Part shown: in pieces, positions 1-12,600 of the stretch
Position numbering within the stretch: position 1 is the first letter of the stretch
How the letters are laid out: every line of letters begins with the position of its first letter
DNA from: Azolla caroliniana
Lineage: Eukaryota > Plantae > Polypodiophyta
NCBI GenBank assembly: GCA_043228905.1
Contig: JBHGNT010000004.1
Location: forward strand, 20,708,001 to 20,772,000
Length of the DNA stretch: 64,000 nucleotides
Direction: 5' to 3'
Program-made: the position numbers and the translations under genes
Notes under the pieces: generated by a model
What the model was told of the DNA's origin: nothing
The model's database searches: none
The model's input: only the letters and a program-made list of their open reading frames with translations

Positions 1-3000
1 AGAATTACTTTGATCTAATGGATACAATGTTACGCCGCCTAGGGACTGGTAGTGCTCTCTGGTAGATTTCCTTTTCGGCACTTTCCTCGCTGTATTGTCT
101 CGCACTGCCCACATTGCACATGAACTCAATGGACCCCCATTAGGAAAAGCTTTCCTGTATTTTTCACACAATTGTGGAAAACCCTTTACTTAGCATGGAA
201 CATCCTTTATTCAGCACACAATTTAACAAAAGCTTTTCTTTAGACAAATTTCCAAGAAATTAAGGATTTTCTTTAACCCACGATCTGGAATGAACGAGCA
301 TCTTTCTAAAACACAAATGAGTTCCTTGAGGGAACATTACAAAAAACGTTCACATACAAACCATTCCGAGAAATCTAAGTACTTTAGAAACAAGTCTAGG
401 AAATTAAGGAGCATCCTTTTTGACACACAGCTTTCATTTAGACACAATTACCAGAAATAAAGGAGTATCCTCTTTCTTTGACACAATTTTGGAAGAGCTT
501 TTTCCTTTGGGATTAATTCCAGGAAATCACAGACCATTTTATTTAGCACAAAATTTGGTAGAGGAAACATACCCTTCAAGCTTCTTTGCAGCCAATCTGG
601 CATTGTATAGGGTCTCCTTGTCAGGCACATTGACAACCGTGTGTTTACTTGCCTCCCGCATTGGAGAGTGAATAGTGATAAACTGAAAATACAAAGAAAG
701 ATGTCAGAAATTTCACATGCATTCTATGGAAGTTGTTGTAAGCATTCACATAACAATAATATTAGGAGTATGTTGAAGGGCTAGAGTATGCCCATTAGCT
801 ATTGAGAAGTGATATTAAGAGGGTACCTCACTAAAACAAGCCTAGATAGCTATGATTTGGAGCTACACAAATACAAACATGCATGCATGCATCCACACAT
901 ATTCATGCATATACACATACATACATACGAACATATACAAAATCACACCGTCAATCTGAAGGCAAAGTGATGATCGCTTGATCTTAATCTCCTCCTCCAT
1001 CACATGCATACATGTATGCATATATACATCCGTATGTGCAAGATGCCACACATGCACGCATACATATGTCCATACATGCATCCATGCATGTACATGAACC
1101 TAAATATCTCCCTCCTTGCAGGCTCCAGTGCATGCATGCATATAAATATACATACACACACAAATGTATATTTTTACTAGATTCTCTATTCAACTGGAAC
1201 GAAAGGCACAGGCATTACTATGTAAGAGTCTAGCCTTCTCGGTGGCGAGTAATTAATGATTTCTTTTGGTAAAACATGTTTGTTAGGTCAATTATGTAAT
1301 CAAGAGTGTGACCCTGGTATATGAACTTACTCCTAAACACTCCATCATCTGGTAGTATGCCCTCCCTTGAAGTGGTGTATGACCACCCCTGGATTCTGAG
1401 AAGTATCTTGTCCTGGAATCAATTTAAGTCACAACAATCATCTTGTTGTCGATTGTACAGATAATGGAAACATGTAAGAGAATAAGACTAGCACTGTTAT
1501 TGATTATGACAGCTCACCACTCCTTGTAGCCTGGGTCTACCGTAAAGCCATATATGTCAACTGTTTCACATAATGAAAGAGCGAATTCAACAGCCTTCAA
1601 ACCAGTGCCCTTAGCAGCAGATCCAAGTGATGACCCAAGCATTAGGTAGACCGGGTTCTCTATAGGAACTTCCTGCTCTTACATGATCCTCCAAAATCAT
1701 CAAATGCTTAAGGAGCAAATCATTATTAATAACTAAGCTTCCACCTTCAAATCATTGACTAAAGGATCGGCATTTAATTATTTGTAAACCTCTGATCAAA
1801 CAGTTATTTACAAGGGGGTGGTAGTGCTTACTTTAATCATTTTGTTCATGATGTCATGAATTGTGGTTTTGATAATCAAAATCTCCTTTCCAGTACCTAG
1901 CAAGCACATTAACTATCATAAAAGCTAAGATTTTTCAAACTCGGATTTATCAACAATCATTTTAGTTCATCAATTTACAGTTCTTTACCATCCAGTTCTG
2001 CAACTTTATCTAAGGCTTTGGCAGACCCCCGGTTCAGCAGGCGAAAAGTTTTCTTGCTTCCAACATATTCAGTATAATTCTGCAAATTTCTGAATTATCT
2101 ATGATTAATAAATAAAACTTAGTAGACTTAATTCAAGATTATCAAAGGCATGTTGAATATTCATACTGCAACAGGTGCACCATTGTTGCGGACAACTGCA
2201 TCATATCCATCAATTTCTTTCCCAAGCTTCATTTTAAGAAGGTCTCCAGAGTTGCCAACAATGGCACACCTTCCATATTCACGAGGGAGGAATGGGGGAT
2301 CTTGAGGTAACACTAGTGACAGCTTTTCCTCGCATAGGCTTTTGTTCTCACAATTGTTTCTGGCATTTATCAAATAGTGAAAGGTGTCACTAGCTAGCTT
2401 TTTTATGCCTATGATCAAAATCAACTTCAATGCATCCCCCTATATACCAAAAATCATAAACTATATTATCAAAGACAAGTCACATCCTTAATGCCTTCAG
2501 ATTTAGCTAATAAGATGGAAAGCCATGGACTATATTGCCAATGGTTTAAAGGATCAACGCAACTCAAGGAGCTACATACAGAGACAAAAGAATAAATTCT
2601 GTCGTCGGTTCTTGGACCTCGAGATGGCAGGATTAGGGATATTGAGTATATATGTCAATAGGATAAATAGATTAGCGATTCGTTGACCATCTACACCTTA
2701 CAAAAAAATTCTTGTAATTTATTCTCCCAACAAGAGTTAACATTTGATAGAATAAGCATATCATTTCAGATGGAATTCAACATTATAATTTTTGGTTTTG
2801 AACCTCCATCACAAAATTAAGGAAACAGAAGCAATGGTTTAAGGAAATACAAAGTTATCCCCTTGTTGATCCTCTTCCAAGCATAGGTTTCCCATCCATT
2901 TGGCAATGCATCAATGTATTCCTTTGTCAATATTGTACTCGTATTCCGTATCTACAAATTTCAATTCAGCTGGTACTTCAATTCACCAGAAACATTTGCT

Positions 3001-3854
3001 ACATAAACAAATTACATTAGATTGCTATCAACCTGCTCCCACAGAATCAATGCCTCGCAAAGGTTAAAAACATAGCTCAAACTTTCAAGCTGTCCTGTCT
3101 TTGGGTCCTTCTGTTAATGCATATTGAGAACTAATCAGTAATAAATGGAATCGAAAATGCACATCAGAAAAGAAAAATTGGAGGAACAAGGAGGGCATAC
3201 CCACTTGGGCACAGTGTGGCTGGGAAATTTCATGATAAAATGGCATTCATCTTTGAATTCAGCTTGTAGTCCAAACCCATTGGATTTCTGGTACCGCCAT
3301 TGTCACAAACAAGAGCAATTAAACCTCGACTTATCATGGATTTAAAATTCAAAGAAATCTGCACAAGTATACATTCACATGTATGCAATGTGATCAATGA
3401 TCATGGATCTCTAAACCCAAGAAATCAAAGTCACGTTGGAGTGTATGTCAAAAAAAATTCACACATATGATATGTGACCAATCACCAATGACAAATTCAT
3501 CCTAATCCTAAATGCACATATATGCAATGTGTTGAGAGATCAAGCTCAACTTAGTTTAGTTAATTAGTCAACCATGTAACTTCATAGTTATCTAGATAGA
3601 ATCTAGTTAGAAGTGTTGACTATAACGCCTTAAATAGGACCGTGTACTTAAGTGGGATATTCTAGATCCGCCACTCCTAAGTACATTTAATATAGGACTT
3701 ACACATTAGTACCTATATTCTACTCACATGTGCACCTTTGCACATGAGATGTATATATACCTCATTGTGGGTATTTTTGTATTTAATGCTGATGATGATG
3801 ATAAAGCTAATTTAATATAGTTACTCATCCCCCATCTTGTGCTGTTCATAAGTG

Positions 3855-3925
<71 letters not shown>

Positions 3926-4971
3926 TATCACTTAATCTTCCGCTTATCAACTAATCACATAATTAGGTACCAATTAATCCTTGCTTAATTACTTACCTGA
4001 TTCTTAACACAATGTGATCAATGTACGTGTATCCTTAAACCCTGGACATCAAATACACCTTGGACAATACGTCAGCATAATGCCAGATGTATGACAGGTG
4101 ATCAATCACAAATGACCAATCCTTGCCATATTAGGCACCCTAGATTGGGGAAAAGTCTTTGCAAGTGGAGTGAATCCGGTTGTTCATATGTCATACATGT
4201 GGATGAGCTCATTAATACTAGATTAGGTAGCCAAATGCAGTCTGGAGAGTGTTTGAAGAGTTCCATACATCTAGATTAATAGGGCACACAGCAATGAGTG
4301 CCCTATTAATCTAGATGTATGCTATGTAATTAATGGCTATACTTCAATGAGTCTCTAGCCATAAATCCAAACGTATGCCAAGTGCTCAATGTCAACACAT
4401 CAATGAGCATTTAAGCATAAATACACATGTATGCCAAGTGATCAATGGTCATTCATTACTAAGATCTACACATCTGTGCTACAGTAGACAGCCAAATAGC
4501 CCCTGAAATAAATGAGCAATGGCATGATGAAGGATCAAAAAGGAATAAACTTTGAACAATGAAAGGGAAGCAAATAAGTTACATTGAATCAAAACCACAG
4601 AAATTTGTGGCCAAAAAAGAATAAGTGAAACAAAATGCAAGATATATATGTATATAGATAGATAGATGAGAATCAGACATTACCACACACTGCCGGAAAC
4701 TGTTGTGAAGCTTCTGAAGTGCGATTCGATCTCTGGAGGAGACGGGAGCAGGAAGAGAATAAGGAAATCTTCCTGAAACACCAATAGCAAGAACAAAATG
4801 AAAACCCAAACAAAAAACAATGTAGGTTTTTGATGATTTGAAAAATCGGAAGACCGACAGGTAAGCCGAAGAAGTTTAGTCACTACCTCCAAACAGGGCC
4901 ACAATACAGAGGAAGGAAGCCAAGAGAGAAGCAGAAACAGCGAGAAGAAACCAGATCCGGAGCAGATTCAT
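1..4971 (-). CDS. SIA2: Sialyltransferase-like protein (GT29, SIA2-like), multi-exon; 3' end continues beyond the window start
   Basis: ATG at 4971 ([17 protein letters not shown], signal anchor). GT-AG exons join in frame: 4971-4887, 4772-4684, 3287-3201, 3110-3033, 2951-2851, ~2359-2167 and further exons down to the window edge. They give [30 protein letters not shown], sialylmotif [72 protein letters not shown] and the last visible exon [16 protein letters not shown]. This is colinear with Arabidopsis SIA2 as I recall it. Confidence 0.92.
863..1165. repeat. Degenerate (CATA/CATG)n low-complexity tract in a SIA2-like intron
   Basis: Runs of catg/cata/caca. It explains the spurious ORFs at 863-1233. 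Confidence 0.75.
3530..4009. mobile_element. Solo LTR (480 bp) in intron 2 of the SIA2-like gene
   Basis: Starts TGTTGAGA (3530) and ends TCTTAACA (4009), a 7/8 terminal inverted match. Flanked by the direct repeat CAATG at 3525-3529 and 4010-4014. Internal (CT)n(CA)n tract. Confidence 0.85.
4264..4321. repeat. Perfect 24-bp inverted repeat with a 10-nt loop
   Basis: CATACATCTAGATTAATAGGGCAC (4264-4287) and its exact reverse complement at 4298-4321. Confidence 0.95.
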
Positions 4972-6669
4972 CGATTCTTTCTTCAAACTGTTGTCTCTTT
5001 CTCCTTGCTCCGTTTCTATTCTAACTCTTCTTCTTCTTCTTCTTCTTCTTCCCTGTCGGCTTCTATTCTTTCTCTTCTGCTCTACTCTGAGAGTGTCGGT
5101 AGTAGAGATAAGTTTGATTACTTAAAATTAATGAGCTAATTTGAATTGATCCTTTCATTAAGCAGTTAATTAGTTCATTAGTTAATTGATTAGTTATCAG
5201 TCTCCTATCTTTTTGTCTCTTCTTTCTATTCCGTTTGGCCCGCAACTTATCGCCAAAAATAATAATGATGATGATGATACCCTCATATATCTAATGGCTG
5301 ATAATGACACTTAGCTCGCCTGCCCCCTCCCACTCGTCAAAAAGCTAATCATGCATTTTGTTACCTACTTGCCCTTTTTAACTTCACTAAAGCTAAGCGT
5401 TATAATTGTCAGGGTCTCCCATTAATTAGTTGACCCCAATCATGGTAGGAAACACCTCCTTCCCACTGATAAAATTTTGAGATCTTGGATAGAAATGCAC
5501 ATTACATGCACTAGTCAATATATGATGCTTGTAGAGGCATGTGAACACATGCATGACAACCACGTCGATCTTGCTTGGTATTGGACATAAATGACCACCC
5601 TTATAAATGTATATTGCATGATAGAGATAAATGTACTAAGAGATACATAATTGCAGTGAGTTCTAATGTAAAATAGTATTTAGCTCATGACTTGCAACTT
5701 GAGGACAAGTCTTGGCAAGCAATGCAATCGATTTGGTCCTTTGTTATATATGAGTGTGTGAGATTAAGAATGTTCATGAAGGCATCTCACTATATTGAGT
5801 ATATAGTTGCATTCTGTGTGCGTGTACGTGATAGATATCCTTTTAAGTTTCACAAGAAACTTATTACGATTTATGATAGAGAGAGAGAGAGAGAATATAA
5901 TAAAATAGAATATATTTTATCGTCCACGAGGAGGCCAAATTTAACTATGGGACCAAATCAATATCTCAACTCACATGTGACTCTTTCATACGAAGGGGGG
6001 TTACTATTCTGCAGTAAAATCTCTCGATGTGAAAATAATGCACGCACGCATGTGCAGTTGTGCTCACCGTTCTTGGTGGAAACTTGAGCATAACAATCAC
6101 TTTATCATGCACATCTAACTAGTCATCATATTTATTGTGAGTTACCTTAAACACTAAGCATACGATAAGTAAGTTATATTCATCCTCCATTAGGTTTTCG
6201 TTGCACATCTTCAATTTTCAATGATGATGCCATGATGATACCTCAACACCTGACTTGTGTGAGGAAATTAGTATATTCATCCTCCATTAGGTTTTCATTG
6301 CACATCTTCAATAAGTATTAAGGCTCTCCAAGAGCCAAGGCTCATGAGGGGTAGTTAATGAGATGTGATCGTATATGTTCTAACATATTCTTCCTTGTAT
6401 TAGAGCCAATCATCTCGGTTAATATTTGCAATGTTATATTCCAATATTGATATTTTAGCAATTGCCACTTCATCATTAGTACCTCTAGTAATCTATCCTC
6501 AATGATCACATACTTCAGAGCATCACCTCATAACTCCAATGGATCTTTTACTCCCCATATCTTAAACCATTATTTCATAATGTCAAGAACCCAACCAAAT
6601 GAGAGGATTATTCTCTTATTAGTTTTTTTGTACCTACCATCCTATATTCCAACTTGTTTGGGTAGTCTA

Positions 6670-6851
6670 TGATCGGGTATGTTCTTGACTTTTGTGATAT
6701 ACTTGTATTAAACTCTTTGCATAGCTAATACCTCTATGGGTCACACGTGTTTCTAATAATATTGTGAAAGTTAGTGTGCGGAAGCTTATGCCAAACCAGC
6801 TCTGCCGGATAGTAACAATAAAGAGAAGAAGGTTTGATGGAAGCTTAACAC

Positions 6852-6885
<34 letters not shown>

Positions 6886-7081
6886 AGAACATAAAACTCT
6901 ATTCAAAATAATACCCTCGATATTCTGTACATAGAATGTGCTCAGGGAGCACTTTTATACAAGTCCATAAAGGACTGTCAGGTACTTCAATGCTCACATG
7001 AGCGACTATCACTGACTATCTCCCTCTCCCTCTCCCTCTACCTACTAAATATGTGTCATAGAACTTTAAGGTTCTATAACA
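6670..7081 (-). mobile_element. Possible LTR-like fragment
   Basis: On the minus strand it begins TGTTATAGAACC and has a TATAAAAG box followed by a (CT)n tract, a typical LTR layout. I found no clean TSD, so the boundaries are uncertain. Confidence 0.35.
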
Positions 7082-7329
7082 CACTAGTTATGAAACTAAG
7101 AGGTGGGGTGTTCCCACAAGTGTATAGTAAGGTATGTTCCCACACTAGGGAAGTTGAGTTTGATTCTCAACAATAACTATAAAGTATAACATTGATGTAG
7201 AGTCTTTTCCCTACAACTATGGTTAATTAACATTTATGGTCTCATACTCAATTTTTATAATTTTTATAAGCGACTACTAATCTTGTGTATCTTTGCTTCA
7301 TCATATTTCTTCAATGGCTATCATCTAAC

Positions 7330-8110
7330 ATGGACCAAGAATGGATGGTTCACTTCTCTGGTTATATGGAGGAGAAATCACACCAAGGAAGCTACAAGAG
7401 AGTTTCCCCATGGGAGTATGTGAGGACAAGGGAGTTGTCAATACTAGAGAAGTGGATTATTGACATGGAAAGCCACTTGGAGTGGTGTCGAATGTTGTCA
7501 CAAGCATGGGTGGATGATGCGAGTAGGTTTCTCAAGGACGATGCCAAGGAGTGGTACCTTTGAGAAAGCCAAAGAAGGCCCATCAAGAGTTGGGACGATT
7601 TCAAGCGACAAGTGCAAGAAATTTTTAGCCCAAGGGATGAACCTTCGAGGATGAAGGATTTTTCCTCAAGCAAGGGGAAAACTCGACCTATATATTTTAA
7701 ATTATAAAACATTAATGAAATATATGATTGGTATTGATGATTGTGATGGGTTTCTCGATGGATTGCAGCATTCGTTGAGGGAGGAAGCCGAGAAATGGGA
7801 ATCAACAACTTGGGAGGAAGTGATTGAGATCATGGAGCAAGTGGGTGATTGGGGGACCGCCCAACCCGAAGACCTTGGGTGAGAAAGGGGTTCTCCTTGA
7901 GCGACAAGAGCTCAAGAGGAGCTTGAACAAGAAGATGGAGAGGAGCTGACCACGCAAGAGCAAGTCAAGATAGCTTCGATCGAGATTGGCTCTACTAACT
8001 GGTACTCAATGCCAATCCCAATCCCAAAGGAGGCACCACCTTGGGTTGGGACAACCCAGTCCCAATGGATGGTCCCAAGGGAACACCCAATTTCTAGCCC
8101 AATAGTTAGC
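7330..8110 (+). mobile_element. Degenerate Ty3/Gypsy gag remnant
   Basis: WIIDMESHLEW..ASRFLKDDAKEWYL*ESQRRPIKSWDDFKRQVQEIF matches the retrotransposon gag A..W/W..F motif. In-frame stop at 7561 and decay downstream. Confidence 0.7.
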
Positions 8111-9642
8111 CACCCCAACGACATATTTGGCCTATATTATGAAGAAAATTCATCATTTGTAACCATTCACATTTTCACAACCTTATTCTATGATTCACTC
8201 TCTCTATTCACCATTTTGTCCCATCGAGAGTTGCTACTCACTTTTACACGTATCACGTGAAATGTAATATTTTTGGTCTCATAGGTCATATTTGACTTCC
8301 GATTCTTTATAATGATACATGAACATGTTTTGTGTCCCAATCATGTTTTGTGTATGTTTTAAGGACCCCCCATGAAATAGGGGCATAACATTTTGCACTA
8401 TTCAAGTGTAAGATAGGGAGTGTTTATTTGACACCAATATAGTGAGCATTTATTAAATTCACATAGTTTGACCCAATATCAAAGATGGAGACCATTTTTC
8501 TCTAAGAAATTGGGGGTTGTTTCATAATTGTGATATGCACAATACTTTTGTACTTGATGGTAGGAATGGAATTATAGCACATCTTTAAAAGTTGGAGTAT
8601 TGATGGGACAATTTTGTGTACTGACGCAGTTAAAATTCTTTGTCTTGCCTATTGGCGATCCTATGCAGCCCACTACCCATGTAACAATGTCACTACTTAG
8701 TTGTGGTACCATTGTAGTGTTTATCACACATTTATTCATATGATTTATTCGAGAGAAGATCATCTCAACATAGTTGGATGTAAAAAATATAAAATCCAAT
8801 AAGCATTACTTAGATTTAAAATATCATCCAATCGAGACAAGTTACAATGCAGAGATTCAACTCTTGTTAGCCAATTTTGAGATTACATGAAAGGCAAATC
8901 TAATTACTATGCAAACACCGATAGAGAACCATTATTACAATAAATAAAAGATTAATTGAGTTGGCAATAACATTTACAGCAAATTAATATATACATCAAT
9001 GCCTTTTGAGAGATAATGCTATTTTTTCTATATTTTTCAAGATGCATTTATATTACAAAAGATACAATGTCATAATTGGGTAGGTCTCTCATTCACAAGA
9101 AACACAGCCATTTGTCAGACATGGCAACAATTCTGAACCAACTCTTACTTGAATTTTGCGTGCATTTTTTAACCCTTGGTGCACTCTAATTAGAGAATAC
9201 AAAGCTTTGCAGCCCTTGGAATATATGCCTCTCTGTAGAAAACGTCAACATCCAACGTATATAGAACTTTCAACACCTTGCTCTTTAGTAAATTGTGCCG
9301 AACACACTAGATCAATTCTACGGCTTTGGATAGTATATTTGTGAATGAAGCTCATAGAATGCCTCCAAAGTTGAGACAAATGACCTTTAGAGTCGATGAA
9401 AGACCATGTAAGCATGGTAGTTTCAGATCCCTAGGTCTCTCCATTAAGAGCACTTAAAAATTGTAACAAAAGGCTTTTGCGGGTCAAAAATATTTCTTGT
9501 TTATCTTATTAATAAGATTAGCAGAGAGATTTTGCTGTGACAATCTGTTGTAGCAAGAGGCGACAATAGAAAACTATTTCATCAAATTTGATTGCAACTT
9601 TTTCATGTGTTTTTACTTTAAAAAACACAACCAAAAACCAAG

Positions 9643-12600
9643 TCATGTTTTTCCATGTTCAGGTCGGTGGGTCACTTCATAATCAAGATGAACAAATGCT
9701 CGTTCTATATCGGGTAATCGTTCTAACTTATTCTGAAGAGACTCTCCTATATCATGAGCTTGCTGAAGAGGCATATCTGCAGGAAGAACAATGTCAACCT
9801 CGGCAAAATAATGGGATCCGAATGTATATGCCCTCACAGTATCAATCTGACGAATCTCTTTATGATGATTCCAGCACAGGTATGTTAGCTTTTGTAAGTA
9901 CTCTGGTGATGCAGTCTTACCAACCAAAGAATTCACATTGTCTAGCACTGTCAACGACCATGTCCTTATTGTGTATAACGCCAACTATTATGCAAATTAG
10001 ATCATGAGAAACCTTCATTTACTATTAAACCCATAAACACAACAAAAATGTAAAGGCCTTAAAATGGTTTCTTTTTTTACCACAATGGCACCAGCCGGAT
10101 CCATCCACCAGTAGAATTCATTTGCCAAAATTGCTGCCAGGAGACCGATTGAATTTGTCATCACATCAAAGAAATGGTCCTGAGCATATGCTTGGACAAT
10201 TTCATTTTTGAATGTTCGACAATACACCATTAGCAGGAGTTTCACCAGTGTTACAAATACCATTACTCCAATCAGCCAAGCTCTGTCATGACTGTCTAAT
10301 GCAAGCTGCTTATCCTGCCAAATGCAAAAATCTGGAGATTTTGGTATCTAGCATTCAATTTAAACCTATTTACTGTACCCTAAAGCTTGTCCAATTTCAA
10401 AAGAGCAGTTTTAAATCTCCGAATTTAGAATTATGATTTGCAACAACAAGAGTGATAGACATGAGAAAATCTGGTAGGGGAAGGCACTTTACTCCATAAG
10501 TGATCTGGCGACCTGATTCAAGCAAAATCTGAAGCCCAAGCGTTGCCATAACTGATGCAAAAACAAGAATTCCCTGTAAATAGAAATGACGAGGCATATC
10601 AATGTTTTGACCAAAATAAGTTGAGAGCAAATGGTTTCATAAGAAATAGTAAGGTGAACAAAGAGCAGCTAAAAAAGACATTACATTACACTAGACTGAA
10701 AGTACAAGTAAGTAGCAGAAAACCTGTGGTAAAATCATACCATACAATGCCATAATAGCATACAAATCATATTCTAAAAAAACCATAATATTCGAGTGTG
10801 ATTATATCCAATGAATTTTTCAATTTTTTCATTTGCATGGCATTGTATTACTTGCTGTCCTACTGTGACTGTACCATTCATCCTCTATGAAACCAGGCAT
10901 GCATGTATCCAATATTAGGAAAATGAGGGTGAATATTTATCTAGATAGCTCAATATCTAGATATGATGTCCTATAACTAAAGGTTGTTAATACAAATCAT
11001 TGCTTGTGCCCTTATTTTTCTTGAGACACTTGAACTTAAGCTTTTTTCGTCATTGAATTTCATGTTAGCCCAACAGATAGTAACAGGTTGGGAAAAAGCC
11101 AAAATTACAATATGCATGTAGCAGTAGAGGGTACATTATATAATCTACGGTCAGAGATTGAGATTGATCTGTAGGAATTTTTACCATGGAAGAAAGAGAA
11201 AAACTGTGAGGCATTTTCCACAGTAAGCTTATCTAGGCTAGTTAAGGAGTAGAAAGATATGAGATAGAAGGTAGTAAATACACACAATCTACAACCCTCA
11301 CACAACCACATTTGGGCCAGAATAAGAATGTTATGGCATCTTTTTTGACCATCCCTTAGCCCCATAGACTGTACGGCAACATTGCTCGTCCATCTTGCAC
11401 TCTGTCAGGTTACCAATTTATACCATTTTCTATTATGTTGGTAAATACACACAATCTACAACCCTCACAACCACATTTGGGCCAGAATAAGAATGTTATG
11501 GCGTCTTTTTTGACCATCCCTTAACCCCACAGACTGTACGGCAACATTGCTCGTCCATCTTGCGCTCTGTCAGGTTACCAATTTATACTATTTTCTATTA
11601 TGTTGGTAATTGGTCCTTGTTACCGATGCAGAAGAGAACACCATTACATTTGCTCTCTTAGCCCCATGGACTCTAGCAGGTGACGTTGCCAAGCATAACT
11701 TTACCAATTTACACCCTTCTCCATTATGGTTATCTTTATTATGACCTTTCTCCCTCATGTGATAAACTAATTTTTAGCTTAAATTGGGAGCTAAACGCTT
11801 ATGTGAATATGTCTAAATTATCAGAATACACAGCCATGACCAGTGTTTTGCTGTATAATGGACATACTCTGCAGCAGCTTCTGCACTTATTGTGCTCCAA
11901 GGTCTTATTGAAAATTCTTTGCATCATTATGTGCTGAAGGACAAGACCAGACACAAAGTTCCATCTTCAATGAACTGTTATTCCACCATGGACATAGCAA
12001 AAATAGGAACTTCAAAAATTAAAACATGTTGACATTGTTGTTATTGGCTGGATCAGGGAAAGAGATCAGCCCTATCTAAATCAGAGAAGACTGTGCATAG
12101 TTTCAGACGTAACGCAACCTATATCTAAATCCAGACAAAGAAATTGTATACATACTTTCGGCAGCTTCTGTTTTCTGGTTTTTGTTACAACTGCAAAACA
12201 CAGTAATTGTGAATCTCTGCAAGCTTTCTCATGTGCAAGACAGCAATGGTGATACAAGTTTGGTAGTGAGTATAATGACACCCATAGATTGACATATTTG
12301 CATTCGTGGGGTTTCCCATTCGAATGCAAACGAATACGAATACGAATGGGTAGTCAAAGGAGTATAGACCAGATTATGTGTTTGTTAGATTATGTAATTC
12401 TTGTCCAGGAGTATAGACCAGATAGACAACAGATAGCCTCCCCCATCTAGCACGATGACAGAAGATGCACATAGACATACCTTTGATATTATTAATCCAA
12501 GTCAAAATATCCAGACACCACACCACGTAGGCCGAATCTACTGCTGAAACGTACTCAGCTGCATATGCCAAATCAGGTCGAGTACTACACAAGTAAAACA

